A DNA stretch of 64,000 nt from Candidatus Omnitrophota bacterium. GTDB taxonomy: Bacteria; Omnitrophota; Gorgyraeia; Zapsychrales; Fredricksoniimonadaceae. A model generated the notes under the pieces. That model was not told the DNA's origin and made no database searches. It was given only the letters and a program-made list of their open reading frames with translations. Made by a program: the position numbers and the translations under genes. The DNA is taken from assembly GCA_015233145.1 (NCBI GenBank), contig JADFYI010000004.1, positions 68,821-132,820 of the forward strand, written 5' to 3'. Positions 1 through 9,903 of this stretch are shown here, piece by piece (position 1 is the stretch's first letter; every line of letters starts with the position of its first letter).

Positions 1-755
1 CTTAAATGGAACATGACTTCCGGAGCATATCCCTCGACAGGGTTAACGCCGGCTTTTGTAAGCTGCACAGCTAATTTATTAATGGGAGCATCATAAGCAA
101 TATTCTCTCTCGATAAATGCGCATTAAAAATTCTGGAAATAAAATAATACAAACCCACAAAATCATTCTTTGATTCAACAGAAAAGAAATTCTTTATGTA
201 ACTCCAATGTTCTTCCTTTAAGTATTCATTAAAAGATTTAACAGCAATTTCTTCCAACCCAAGACTTTTTCTGATCTGATTTATCTTCTCTAGCGGTTCA
301 ATAAAACACTCTAACATCAAATACAACCCGCCAGGCTTTAGAGCATGATGAATCTTACGCACAACCTTGTTTTTATCGTCTCCCTTCAAATTGATCATTA
401 AACGCTTTGTTAAAACCACATCAAATCGGCCCGCATCAGTATCTAAAAAGTTAGTGCCGCAAGCATCGGCAACCGAAAAAATAACATTTTTTATCTTTAG
501 ACGTTCTTGTTCTGCTTTGGCCACAGAAATCATCCCATCTGAAAAGTCAAAACCATAAAAATGCGCCGAAGGATTTTGTTTCGCCAATTCTAAAAGCGTA
601 CGGCCGTTGCCACATCCGGCATCACAAAACGTCTGGCCGTCAAAGCGCAACTTTCCAAGAAAAAAAGATTCCAAATCTTCTAGCATAATATCAAAGTTTA
701 CTGCGTGAATACCGGCCTTATACTCCCTGGCCTGTTGCTCCCAAAAATCCTTCAT
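1..755 (-). CDS. class I SAM-dependent methyltransferase (3' partial, runs off the left edge)
   Basis: Manual minus-strand translation from ATG (rc of cat 753-755): MKDFWEQQAREYKAGIH...FCDAGCGNGRTLLEL...LKPGGLYLM. SAM motif I is DxGCGxG. There is no stop before the window edge, so it is absent from the ORF track. Confidence 0.8.
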   Translation of the reverse strand, partial: MKDFWEQQAREYKAGIHAVNFDIMLEDLESFFLGKLRFDGQTFCDAGCGNGRTLLELAKQNPSAHFYGFDFSDGMISVAKAEQERLKIKNVIFSVADACGTNFLDTDAGRFDVVLTKRLMINLKGDDKNKVVRKIHHALKPGGLYLMLECFIEPLEKINQIRKSLGLEEIAVKSFNEYLKEEHWSYIKNFFSVESKNDFVGLYYFISRIFNAHLSRENIAYDAPINKLAVQLTKAGVNPVEGYAPEVMFHL

Positions 756-776
756 AGGTCCCCTTTTCTTTAAAAT

Positions 777-1547
777 CTATAAAATCATCAAATGCTGTAA
801 AAAATTGACATCCTGCAAGAAATCATCAAGGCTATCTGGAAAATCTTTTTTGGTTTCAACAGTCAGCATCGCATCAGAATGCAGATATTTAATAATCTTC
901 GATAAATCAAACTGACCTTTTCCTAAATGTTCGTGCGCATCTTGCCCGGAATAATAGCCATCGCAGACATGAAACATCGCAGGATTAAGCTCCAAGAAGC
1001 CCGCGACTATTTGTTCCCAGATCTTCTTCGCAGAAATCGCATAACAGATAGCATGGCCAAAGTCCAAACAAAAACCCAACCCTGTTTGCGTAAGGATACT
1101 CCTTACTTCTTCCACGGAAGCCCCCAAGCACTGCTCTCCCCGTAATCCAACCTGAGGTTTATTCTCAATAAGAACTCTTTGATACATCTCCGCAAAAGAA
1201 TCCCGAAAAGAACGAAATTGCATAACCGATTCGTTAATATCACCATTCACTCCAGGATGAAAAATAACCCAAGTTGGCATAAGGGCGGAAAAAAACAAAT
1301 CAACTTCACGGATTAATCCCATATTCACATGGCGTTTGGATGAATCCGAAGGATTTAATCCTGCATAACTATGGGGCGCATGTAAAATATAAGGAATGCC
1401 AAGTTTCTTCCAATGAGGTATCATTCCACAGGACCCTGGAACTATAAAAAGCTCAATATAATCAAACACCTTTTTCGCAAAAAGATCCTGAGCCTCGGGA
1501 ATGTAAGTCAAATTCGTTGACCATAATTTCAGCCCGATTTTTTTCAT
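777..1547 (-). CDS. sugar phosphate isomerase/epimerase, xylose-isomerase-like TIM barrel
   Basis: 256 aa. The spacing of HAPH, FHPG, ENK, DFGH, HVCD and HEHLG resembles the metal-ligand pattern of the xylose isomerase-like/AP endonuclease 2 fold. 1-nt gap to the upstream gene. Confidence 0.55.
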   Translation of the reverse strand: MKKIGLKLWSTNLTYIPEAQDLFAKKVFDYIELFIVPGSCGMIPHWKKLGIPYILHAPHSYAGLNPSDSSKRHVNMGLIREVDLFFSALMPTWVIFHPGVNGDINESVMQFRSFRDSFAEMYQRVLIENKPQVGLRGEQCLGASVEEVRSILTQTGLGFCLDFGHAICYAISAKKIWEQIVAGFLELNPAMFHVCDGYYSGQDAHEHLGKGQFDLSKIIKYLHSDAMLTVETKKDFPDSLDDFLQDVNFLQHLMIL

Positions 1548-1548
1548 A

Positions 1549-2310
1549 TCAAGCCACTTCCCTATCCTGAGCTAGAGACTTTTGATAACCTTCATTACGG
1601 ATAATACCATCATTCATTCTATCAATACCGGGATGCTCATCCAAAAACTCCAGAACGTCCTTCATTGAAAAAAAGGCGTCTTTCTGATACAAAGCATCAT
1701 AAATAGCAGATAACTTCTCATAATCCCTTGGCTCATCCAGTGTCCAACGCTGGGATGAGTGGTCATTTTCACAAAGAACATTAACCTTTCTTACGGCATC
1801 ACTTTTTTTTATATATGGTGTCACATGTTCGCGCTCGGAAAGCATTTTTGCGTTTCCCCAGGCGCGATGTAGAATATCCGCGCTAAAAACCTCCACATCT
1901 TCGCCGTCCGGATAGGTCAGCTGCAATGTATTCGTTGCATAATCAGCACTAGAAGTAAAATATTCCCCAATAACACGATCAATAATATCCGGGTCAATCA
2001 TCGGGCAGTCCGCTGTAATGCGGACAATGTGCTGTAATTGAAAAAGCTTGGCCGTTTGATAATAACGGTCAAGGACATCATTCACTGAACCGCAAAAAAC
2101 ACCAACCCCCAAATGGCTTACAAAATTAACAACAGCCAAATCTTTAGAATCGATGGTTGTCGCCACAATGACCTGATCTACCCGTTTCGCATGCTGGCAA
2201 CGGCGTATCACATGCTCAAGAACAGGCTTGCCAGCCAAAGGCAGAAGTACTTTATTGGGCAAACGTGACGCACCCATCCGGGCCTGAATAATAACAGAGG
2301 CTTTTTTCAT
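1549..2310 (-). CDS. SpsF-type cytidylyltransferase (acylneuraminate cytidylyltransferase family)
   Basis: 253 aa. N-terminus VIIQARMGASRLPNKVLLPLAGKPVLEH matches the CMP-sugar synthetase/SpsF signature. 4-nt overlap with the upstream gene. Confidence 0.7.
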   Translation of the reverse strand: MKKASVIIQARMGASRLPNKVLLPLAGKPVLEHVIRRCQHAKRVDQVIVATTIDSKDLAVVNFVSHLGVGVFCGSVNDVLDRYYQTAKLFQLQHIVRITADCPMIDPDIIDRVIGEYFTSSADYATNTLQLTYPDGEDVEVFSADILHRAWGNAKMLSEREHVTPYIKKSDAVRKVNVLCENDHSSQRWTLDEPRDYEKLSAIYDALYQKDAFFSMKDVLEFLDEHPGIDRMNDGIIRNEGYQKSLAQDREVA

Positions 2311-3191
2311 AATTTAGGCCAAAGCATTGGATTTACAATATTCTCCGGGACATTTCTAAAAATATTGTCATCAATCTTCAAAATTTTTCTTGAAGAAAAA
2401 GCCCGTACATTACCCGTAACCTGCGCTTCGTTCTCAGCACCAAACAAAACAAAAGAATCTGGCCAGCGTTTTTCCGCATACCCCAAAAACAACTCTTGAC
2501 GGCTCACCTTCATCTGAAACGCCATTTGTTCCAATTGCTCAAGGTAAGGCCGCGCATACGCCATAGGCACCGGAACACGATCAAGGGGCATAAGTAACAG
2601 CCCTTGAAGGAAAACACTGCGCACAAAAACTTTCTTGCCACGTTCTTGACTCTTTTTAAAGACCCCGGCGTCTTCAAACCGTTTATCTAAAATATTCGCC
2701 GGAACTTGAATCAAATCAATCCCATTAATATCCAACGCCGCTAAAGCTTTTGGGGGGGCATAAAACGACACCCCGATGGACTTGACTTTTCCTTGACGGA
2801 CTAACTCCTGCAACAAATCACCCAGCCCTTTGTCCCAAAAGCGCACGCTGTCTTCATGATGCAATAAAAGGCCCTCAAGCTGGTCAACCTTTAGCCTGCA
2901 TAAAGAACCATCAACAGCCGTTCGGACAGCATCCTCATTGGATAAATCAAGTGCAGAATGAAGCTTGCTATACACTTTAACCTTTGCGGCTAACTTAAAC
3001 TTATCAAAGACCCTGCCCAAAACCTCTTCACTGTTCCCATAAGCCTGGGCTGTATCAAACCGTGTAATCCCATTTTCAAATGCGCCATGCACAATCCGGC
3101 AGGCATGGTCAAAATTCGGCTTTCCAGTTTCATTGCCGATCCCATACGGCATGCCAAGTTGAACAGTGCCAAGAACCAATCTATCCGTCAT
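2307..3191 (-). CDS. aldo/keto reductase
   Basis: 294 aa. LGTVQLGMPYG and FDTAQAYGNSEEVLG are a typical AKR N-terminus. Abuts the upstream gene. Confidence 0.8.
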   Translation of the reverse strand: MTDRLVLGTVQLGMPYGIGNETGKPNFDHACRIVHGAFENGITRFDTAQAYGNSEEVLGRVFDKFKLAAKVKVYSKLHSALDLSNEDAVRTAVDGSLCRLKVDQLEGLLLHHEDSVRFWDKGLGDLLQELVRQGKVKSIGVSFYAPPKALAALDINGIDLIQVPANILDKRFEDAGVFKKSQERGKKVFVRSVFLQGLLLMPLDRVPVPMAYARPYLEQLEQMAFQMKVSRQELFLGYAEKRWPDSFVLFGAENEAQVTGNVRAFSSRKILKIDDNIFRNVPENIVNPMLWPKL

Positions 3192-4508
3192 TTAAGTGAT
3201 CCGTTTAAATCCCGACACGGACGGCTCGCCCTGCAGCGCTGCACGTAACCCGCCGGAAATCTTTAGTTTTTTAATCTGCCCGAACACCTCATCCACTGCC
3301 AACAAATAGGAATCCGCCTGCTCACGGGTGTGCGCCAACATAGGATAAAATAAATTGGACGCCAAGAAACCTTTCTCGAGCATTTCCTGCACAAAAAATG
3401 CCTTCATGAGCAAGAAATCCTCATCATCAAAAGAAAAATGGCTGAGCGGGTATATTCCCGACACCTTAACCTTTAGCCCATGATGCTCCCCTGAAACCGC
3501 CCAGCCTTCCTGAATTAACCGCCCCATGGTCATCAAATGTTCATGTGCTTTAACGGCGCGAAACTTCTTGATCATAGCTAATGCTGCAGAGGGACCAACA
3601 CGCTCTGTCCACATCGTACTGCTAATAAAACTCTTCTGGGCTGATTCCATAACCGAAGCGCGTCCTATAATAGCTGCAATAGGATAGCCATTTCCCAAAG
3701 CTTTTGAAAAAACCGCCATGTCCGGATCCACACCATAAAGAAGATGCGCGCCTCCGCAATTCATGCGAAAACCAGATGATATTTCATCAAAAATAAATAC
3801 AGCGCCTGCCTGATCTGCCAGTTTCCGTACACCCTGCAGAAACCCCTTTTCTGGTGAGACATTACGTACCGGCTCCATCACAATAGCCGCAACCTTATCT
3901 TTATTTTTTAAAAGCACTTTTTCTAAGCTCTCAATATCGTTATAACGAAAAACTAGCGTCGTCCCTTTTAACGCCTTTGGCACGCCTGTGGGACTTAATC
4001 CCGGAATAAGATGCTCACCCAACGCGTTTTCAGTGCCCACGTTTGCAGCCAAATACCAGTCATGCCATCCGTGATAACCGCAAATGATAACAGTATCGCG
4101 GCCGGTATGCGCCCGCGCAATACGTACTGCAATCGCCATAGACTCTCCACCGCTGCGCGCGAAACGAGCCATCTGGGCCCAAGGATGCATACGACATAAC
4201 TCTTCTGCAAGCTCAACTTCTTCAGGACAATTCAACGAGGAGCTCGAACCATTGTTAATCGCCTCTACAACGGCGGCATTGACTTGGGGATCCGCATAAC
4301 CCAAGACATTCGCCCCTATCCCACCGATGCTCATGTCGATAAACTCATTGCCATCTAAATCCCAAACTTTTGCACCTTCAGCCTTGCTGTAATAGGCCGG
4401 CCAAACCCCCAACGAAAACATATCAGGACGCTTAGATAATAACTGACTCATCCCAGGAATAACCTGACGGGCTTTCTTTTGCATTATCAAAGAATTCATA
4501 TTTTTCAT
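3192..4508 (-). CDS. class-III PLP aminotransferase, glutamate-1-semialdehyde aminomutase-like
   Basis: ORF 3192-4526 trimmed to ATG 4506-4508, which forms an ATGA overlap with the pseC stop. Motifs GYHGWHDW, IFDEISSGFR and FSKALGNGYP (Schiff-base Lys). Confidence 0.75.
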   Translation of the reverse strand: MKNMNSLIMQKKARQVIPGMSQLLSKRPDMFSLGVWPAYYSKAEGAKVWDLDGNEFIDMSIGGIGANVLGYADPQVNAAVVEAINNGSSSSLNCPEEVELAEELCRMHPWAQMARFARSGGESMAIAVRIARAHTGRDTVIICGYHGWHDWYLAANVGTENALGEHLIPGLSPTGVPKALKGTTLVFRYNDIESLEKVLLKNKDKVAAIVMEPVRNVSPEKGFLQGVRKLADQAGAVFIFDEISSGFRMNCGGAHLLYGVDPDMAVFSKALGNGYPIAAIIGRASVMESAQKSFISSTMWTERVGPSAALAMIKKFRAVKAHEHLMTMGRLIQEGWAVSGEHHGLKVKVSGIYPLSHFSFDDEDFLLMKAFFVQEMLEKGFLASNLFYPMLAHTREQADSYLLAVDEVFGQIKKLKISGGLRAALQGEPSVSGFKRIT

Positions 4509-5683
4509 AAAATGTCCTGACCACATTGGAGAACCGCCGATATCACCCTTTTCACGTCACTATCCTTCAACCCCGGAAAAAGAGGCAACGACAGGCACTC
4601 TTCATAATATTTCTCTGCCTGGGAAAACCATGCATAAGAAACTTTAAAATTTCGGCTGTAAAAGGGGTGACGATAAACAGGAATATAATGGACCTGAGTG
4701 CCCACTCCCGACCTCGCTAACCTTCCCATGAAATTCTTACGAGAGATCTTAAGTTTCCTAAAATCAATACGAATAACATACAAGTGATACGCATGCGACT
4801 TGTCATCAATCGAAACCGAACGAATCCAGCTTCTTTGTCTAAACGCTGCGTTGTATCGAGAAACAATCTGTTGACGCCGGGCAATAAACTGGTTGATTTT
4901 CTTTAACTGACTCAATCCCAACGCAGCCTGCATATCCGTAAGGCGATAATTAAATCCTAATTCCCGCATCTCGTAATACCAAGGGCCAGGGTTTTTCTTC
5001 ATCACGCGAGGATCACGGATAACCCCATGTGAACGCAAAGAACGCAAACGGTCATAAAATTTCTTATCATTAGTCATGATAGCGCCCCCCTCACCAGTCG
5101 TAATCATCTTGACCGGGTGGAACGAAAAAATAGTCATATCAGAATACGCGCAATTACCAACCCTCCCGCCATCAGGATAAGAGCTGCCAATGGCATGCGC
5201 CGCATCCTCGATGACATAACATTTTCGACGGCGAGCAATCGCATCAATTCTTTTCATTTCCGCTGGACAACCGGCAAAATGAACCGGAATGATAAGCCTG
5301 GTATCTTTTTTAATCACACACTGCAACGCTTCAGGGGACATATTCGCCGTCTTGGCATCAACATCTGCAAACAACGGTTTAATCCCGTTATAAACCAAGG
5401 CATTTGCCGAAGCTAGAAATGTGATAGGCGAAGTAACGCCGGAACTGCCTTTTTTAAGGCCAAGTGAGGCCACAGCCAAATGGAGAGCGGCAGTTCCATT
5501 AGCCACAGCCACGCAATATTTTGCTCCGGTATAGGCGCATAAGGCGTGCTCAAACGCCTCAACCGCCGGGCCCTGCGTAAGAAACGGACTTTTTAATGTC
5601 CGTACCACAAACGCGACGTCGTCATTATCAATACTTTGCCGACCGTATGGCAATACTGAAACAGGCTTCTTCATCTTAAGCAT
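4505..5683 (-). CDS. pseC: UDP-4-amino-4,6-dideoxy-sugar aminotransferase, PseC-type (DegT family)
   Basis: 392 aa. LPYGRQSIDNDD, FLTQGP, ANGTAALHLA and FSFHPVKMITTGEGG (PLP Lys). Lies immediately downstream of the PseB-type dehydratase. Confidence 0.75.
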   Translation of the reverse strand: MLKMKKPVSVLPYGRQSIDNDDVAFVVRTLKSPFLTQGPAVEAFEHALCAYTGAKYCVAVANGTAALHLAVASLGLKKGSSGVTSPITFLASANALVYNGIKPLFADVDAKTANMSPEALQCVIKKDTRLIIPVHFAGCPAEMKRIDAIARRRKCYVIEDAAHAIGSSYPDGGRVGNCAYSDMTIFSFHPVKMITTGEGGAIMTNDKKFYDRLRSLRSHGVIRDPRVMKKNPGPWYYEMRELGFNYRLTDMQAALGLSQLKKINQFIARRQQIVSRYNAAFRQRSWIRSVSIDDKSHAYHLYVIRIDFRKLKISRKNFMGRLARSGVGTQVHYIPVYRHPFYSRNFKVSYAWFSQAEKYYEECLSLPLFPGLKDSDVKRVISAVLQCGQDIL

Positions 5684-6695
5684 CCAAATCTTTCCAATGA
5701 CGAACCATGGTCCTCAAATGCTCAACATTCAGCCAGTCCTTGTTAAGATCGCTGCGATAGATAAAACCCTCTGGCAGGGCCTTGCCACCTTTAAACTTGG
5801 CAAAAATATCTTCTGCGCTCATAAACTGAGGCAAAACAATAAAATGCCTCTCAAATTCCAACGCTTTTCTGGCCTCATCTTCAGAAATAAGCGATTCATG
5901 GATCTTTTCACCGGGGCGGATACCAATATTTTTAAGCACACAATCCGGCTCTAACGCTTTAGCGAGGTCAACCACACGCATGGAAGGTATTTTGGGGATA
6001 AAAATCTCCCCCCCCACAGATTCGTGAAGTGCCTTTAAAACCAAATCAACTCCCTGTTCAAGGGTTATCCAAAATCGGGTCATCCTTTCATCGGTAATAG
6101 GATATTCCCGGCAGCCCTCTTTCTTAAGGTTCACAAAAAAAGGTATCACACTCCCGCGAGAACCCACCACATTGCCATAGCGAACCGCAGAAAACTTAAC
6201 ACGCCCGCCGCCATAAGCATTGGCGGCTATAAAAGTTTTTTCTGCCACAAGTTTTGTGGCACCATAAAGATTGGCAGGATTGACCGCCTTGTCTGTTGAC
6301 AACGCCACGACTTTCTTCACACCAGTATCAATCGCCGCATCCACAATATTATCCGCGCCAAGTACATTAGTTTTAACTGCCTCCATCGGGTTATACTCCA
6401 AGGCAGGCACTTGCTTCAATGCTGCGGCATGGACCACATAATCCACACCCTCAAAAGCACGATTCAAACGGCCGCGGTCACGGATATCACCAATAAAATA
6501 ACGCACCGGATAACGGCTTTCCGGAAAAATCTTTCCCATCTCATATTGCTTAAATTCATCACGGCTAAAAATGATGAGCTTCTTGGGCTTATAGTTCTTT
6601 AATACGGTCTCGGTAAATTTCCTACCAAACGACCCGGTGCCCCCTGTAACTAAAATTGTTTTTCCATCCATAAAATTCCTTTGTTTGTTATTCAA
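5676..6695 (-). CDS. pseB: UDP-GlcNAc 4,6-dehydratase (inverting), PseB/FlaA1-type
   Basis: 339 aa. GKTILVTGGTGSFG Rossmann motif, FIGDIRD and YGATK (YxxxK). Size and motifs fit short CapD/PseB enzymes. Confidence 0.8.
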   Translation of the reverse strand: MNNKQRNFMDGKTILVTGGTGSFGRKFTETVLKNYKPKKLIIFSRDEFKQYEMGKIFPESRYPVRYFIGDIRDRGRLNRAFEGVDYVVHAAALKQVPALEYNPMEAVKTNVLGADNIVDAAIDTGVKKVVALSTDKAVNPANLYGATKLVAEKTFIAANAYGGGRVKFSAVRYGNVVGSRGSVIPFFVNLKKEGCREYPITDERMTRFWITLEQGVDLVLKALHESVGGEIFIPKIPSMRVVDLAKALEPDCVLKNIGIRPGEKIHESLISEDEARKALEFERHFIVLPQFMSAEDIFAKFKGGKALPEGFIYRSDLNKDWLNVEHLRTMVRHWKDLDA

Positions 6696-8509
6696 TGCTG
6701 AGCCGCGGCCAAAGCAAAAAACCTTCCCTTTCTTGCCAAAAGCTCCTCATAGGTCCCTGATTCACAAACCTTACCGCCATCGATCACAAAAATTTTATCT
6801 GCCCCTTTAATGGTAGAAAGGCGATGCGCCACAACAATCGTGGTCATGCCTGCGCGCAACTCTTTAAGAGACCGTTGGATGATAGCCTCTGATTCAAGGT
6901 CTAACTCGCTCGTGGCCTCATCTAGAATTAATATTTTTGGCTTAGTTAAGAGGCAGCGCGCCAAGGCAATCCTCTGCCTTTGGCCGCCGGAAAGCTTAAC
7001 TCCATTCTCTCCAACAAACGTATCCAGCCCCTGTGGCAACTGATCAATAAAATCTTTCAAATGAACTTGCTGACAAACCTCCAAAATCTCCTCATCTTTT
7101 GCTGATCGAGCGACAATCGTTAAATTTTCACGCAAAGTCCCTGCCAATAGCGATGGCCGCTGGCCCACAAAAGCCACTAACTGGCGTAAAGAATTCTTAT
7201 CAAGCTGTGGGTGTGGAATATCCCCATAATAAATCGTCCCACCTAATGGATCGTATAATCCCAGGAAAAGATCCAATATTGTGGACTTCCCGGAACCCGA
7301 CGGTCCCACAAAGGCTACAACGGTATTAGGAGTTATCAATAAGTTAAGATCAGAAAAAAGTTCCGGCTGATTCGGATAGGAAAAACGCACATTTTTAAAA
7401 GACACCGGAGTGTTCATCAAAAAACGCCCGGTACCGTTCTTTTCCCGATGGATCTCCAAATCTTTTAAATGCGCCTGAAGAGCTTTGAAAATCGGGATGC
7501 GCATCTCCAAAGCTGACAGGATATCTGAAAAAGCAACAAATTGAGGCGCAATGCGCATAAATACAAAAAGAATCAACAGCAACGACGCATAATTTAGAAG
7601 AAACGCCTTGTGAAACGCAATAAGGACAATCAATAGCATAAATGTACTCATCATGTTCCATGCACGCTGCATCTCCATATGAAACATTTGGCGCTTCTTA
7701 AGACGGCGAGAAGAATCAATCATATGCGAAAGCGAAGCTGAAAACATGCCCTCCAAAAGGGCAACTTTGATAAATTTCTTGTTATGCTGAAAACTCACCA
7801 ACTCATTAGACAAGGCTTCTTCCTTGGCGTTCATCTCCAGCGTAAGATTGCTCAGCTTTTGACGGCTCAAAATATTCAATAAAGTCAAACCTACATATAC
7901 GCCTATGGCGAACAATGTCACCTGGAAAGAAAGGCGAAGCGCGATCGCCAAGAAAATTAAGATTTGAAAACAATTAATAAAGGCACTCAATGCGTTCAGG
8001 TGGACATCCGCCGCGTAAACTGACCCCGCACTAAGATCATAATAAAGTTTTCCTGAATTATGATCTGTCAGCCATTGCCAATCAACCAAGAAATAAGACT
8101 GAAGTATCTTCTTGCGGTACTGCATAAGCAGTCTTTCCCTGACGAATGCCGTCACAAGACTTGACGCATTAACCAGAAGCTGTCCTATCAAAATAAGCCC
8201 AGCGGCAAGACAAAGCATGCTGCGAAAATTAACTTCAATACCGCAAGACTTAAAAAAAGGCATAAAAACTTTCAGATACCCCAAGGATTGCTTTGAAACA
8301 TCATCCCCTTGCATTAACTCCAGAACTGGAACCAGCAACGGCAAGCCCAAAAAGCTGGTACAAGCGCTCAATATCTGAAGAACACAAATAAGCCCCCAAT
8401 AGGGTGTTGATACAAAAACATCACAGAAATATCGAAAACCTTTTAAGAAGCCTTTGTTGAAAAAGGCTTGTCTAAATTTCCAGATAGAAGATTTTTCTAA
8501 TTTAACCAT
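6692..8509 (-). CDS. ABC exporter, fused permease/ATPase (MsbA/PglK-like half transporter)
   Basis: ORF 6692-8596 trimmed to ATG 8509, 5 nt after the peptidase stop. Hydrophobic N-terminal half, then GPSGSGKST, LSGGQRQR and ILILDEATS. Confidence 0.85.
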   Translation of the reverse strand: MVKLEKSSIWKFRQAFFNKGFLKGFRYFCDVFVSTPYWGLICVLQILSACTSFLGLPLLVPVLELMQGDDVSKQSLGYLKVFMPFFKSCGIEVNFRSMLCLAAGLILIGQLLVNASSLVTAFVRERLLMQYRKKILQSYFLVDWQWLTDHNSGKLYYDLSAGSVYAADVHLNALSAFINCFQILIFLAIALRLSFQVTLFAIGVYVGLTLLNILSRQKLSNLTLEMNAKEEALSNELVSFQHNKKFIKVALLEGMFSASLSHMIDSSRRLKKRQMFHMEMQRAWNMMSTFMLLIVLIAFHKAFLLNYASLLLILFVFMRIAPQFVAFSDILSALEMRIPIFKALQAHLKDLEIHREKNGTGRFLMNTPVSFKNVRFSYPNQPELFSDLNLLITPNTVVAFVGPSGSGKSTILDLFLGLYDPLGGTIYYGDIPHPQLDKNSLRQLVAFVGQRPSLLAGTLRENLTIVARSAKDEEILEVCQQVHLKDFIDQLPQGLDTFVGENGVKLSGGQRQRIALARCLLTKPKILILDEATSELDLESEAIIQRSLKELRAGMTTIVVAHRLSTIKGADKIFVIDGGKVCESGTYEELLARKGRFFALAAAQH

Positions 8510-8514
8510 ATAAG

Positions 8515-9273
8515 TTACTTTCTTATCGTCCAGAAATCTGCGGCCAAAGTTTCTAAATATTGAAAAGGCATAGTGAAATACCCCTTTTGGCCCCACCCCT
8601 CACCCCAGGAATTACGCACAATAAAGCGTTTGTCTTTCTGGGTGTACCCCACAGCCATGACTGCATGGCCGCCTAAAACCCGCTCGCCTTTTTTGGGCAT
8701 CCGTGCAATTCCGCTTTTGGCGACTTGCGGGCTTTCAAAACTCTCGTAAACTGTAAAACCGAATACAAAAGGAAATCCATCTGAAAGGCACGCGAGCATT
8801 TCATTGAGGCTCACAATCCTGTGATAGGACGAAATACAATGCGCCTTGGCCTCGGTATAGCAACGCTTGGGCGGCACATCCGCAAATTTGGCTATCGCAT
8901 ATGGCCATGATTTTTCAGAACAAACACCGGCCTTGGCCAATGTTTTGATCCCATCGCGAAGGGCAGCCCCGGAATCAGCATCTTCATGCCCTTCCAAAAC
9001 ACGTTCATTAAAATAAATAAAAAGACGGCTCACATCCGTATAAATCCCGTCAGACTGCTTATCTAGGAATTCCAAATTCCCGGCCAGGGCATTGGCTGTG
9101 CAACTGCCAAGGCGTCCCTGGTCTTCGACAAGAGAGCAACTGCCCCTAAGATCAACAGAGACTGGAATTTTTAATTTTGGCCGAATGGCGGCATACAAAT
9201 AATCCCGCGAGTCCGGGATATCTGGTACCCAGCCATAACGAAACACACCCCGCTTTTTCAACTGTATTGCCAT
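8515..9273 (-). CDS. papain-like C1 cysteine peptidase, mature domain only
   Basis: ORF trimmed to ATG 9273, with an AGGG Shine-Dalgarno upstream. QGRLGSCTANA (Cys), GGHAVMAVGY (His) and NSWGEGWGQKGYF (Asn/Trp). No signal peptide or pro-region. Confidence 0.8.
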   Translation of the reverse strand: MAIQLKKRGVFRYGWVPDIPDSRDYLYAAIRPKLKIPVSVDLRGSCSLVEDQGRLGSCTANALAGNLEFLDKQSDGIYTDVSRLFIYFNERVLEGHEDADSGAALRDGIKTLAKAGVCSEKSWPYAIAKFADVPPKRCYTEAKAHCISSYHRIVSLNEMLACLSDGFPFVFGFTVYESFESPQVAKSGIARMPKKGERVLGGHAVMAVGYTQKDKRFIVRNSWGEGWGQKGYFTMPFQYLETLAADFWTIRK

Positions 9274-9280
9274 AACAACC

Positions 9281-9856
9281 CTACCCTTGCTGCACTTCAA
9301 GGAAAGCTTTACCTTCACCCATATCCATAGTCAAAGCATTATCCCTGGCTAATTCTTCAACCATATTCACACCTTTAAAGCCATCAGGCACTTTGACACC
9401 TTCCTGGCAAACCAAAATGGCCCCATCTGTCAAATCCACTGACAATTCCCTAATGTGAACAGTCGAGAAATCCTGTTTAAAGTTCTCTTGTAAGACCATC
9501 TCTATCAGCCCTGCAAGATCCGACTCCCCCAGGATATAAAATTTCCGTACGCCGGAACTATGAAATTTCTGTAGAACTTCGGACAGGCAATTTTTTATTA
9601 AACCAATGGAATTAATGGTCTTAAGCGTGTACTTGACAGACTTTTGCATCTTTTCTGCAAAGCCTTTGGGGGTCAAAATATACTCAACTTTTTTCTTATT
9701 AAGCTGTTTGATGCGGATATAGCCTTTGGCCAGAAGACGGCGAATAAGCATGTTGGTCATGCCTAAAGAAAGTTCCATATGGCGGGAAAGGTCCCGCTGG
9801 TTAGCGCCAAGCTCGGCACCGATGATGTTGACAAGTTCGAATTCTCGTTCGTCCAT
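9281..9856 (-). CDS. winged-helix (MarR-like) transcriptional regulator with a C-terminal domain of unknown function
   Basis: 191 aa. N-terminal NQRDLSRHMELSLGMTNMLIRRLLAKGYI reads as an HTH recognition helix. First gene behind the consensus promoter and palindrome. Confidence 0.65.
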   Translation of the reverse strand: MDEREFELVNIIGAELGANQRDLSRHMELSLGMTNMLIRRLLAKGYIRIKQLNKKKVEYILTPKGFAEKMQKSVKYTLKTINSIGLIKNCLSEVLQKFHSSGVRKFYILGESDLAGLIEMVLQENFKQDFSTVHIRELSVDLTDGAILVCQEGVKVPDGFKGVNMVEELARDNALTMDMGEGKAFLEVQQG

Positions 9857-9903
9857 AATTAAAAAGAATCCTGGGGCTTAAGGGGATGCGTTGGTTACAA
9901 AAA

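Noticed and set aside
6692-9273. The peptidase plus ABC exporter as a bacteriocin or RiPP export-maturation pair.
   Set aside because: The peptidase is papain-like C1, not the C39 type fused to bacteriocin exporters. No small precursor ORF with a double-glycine leader is visible nearby. I kept it only as an unexplained association.
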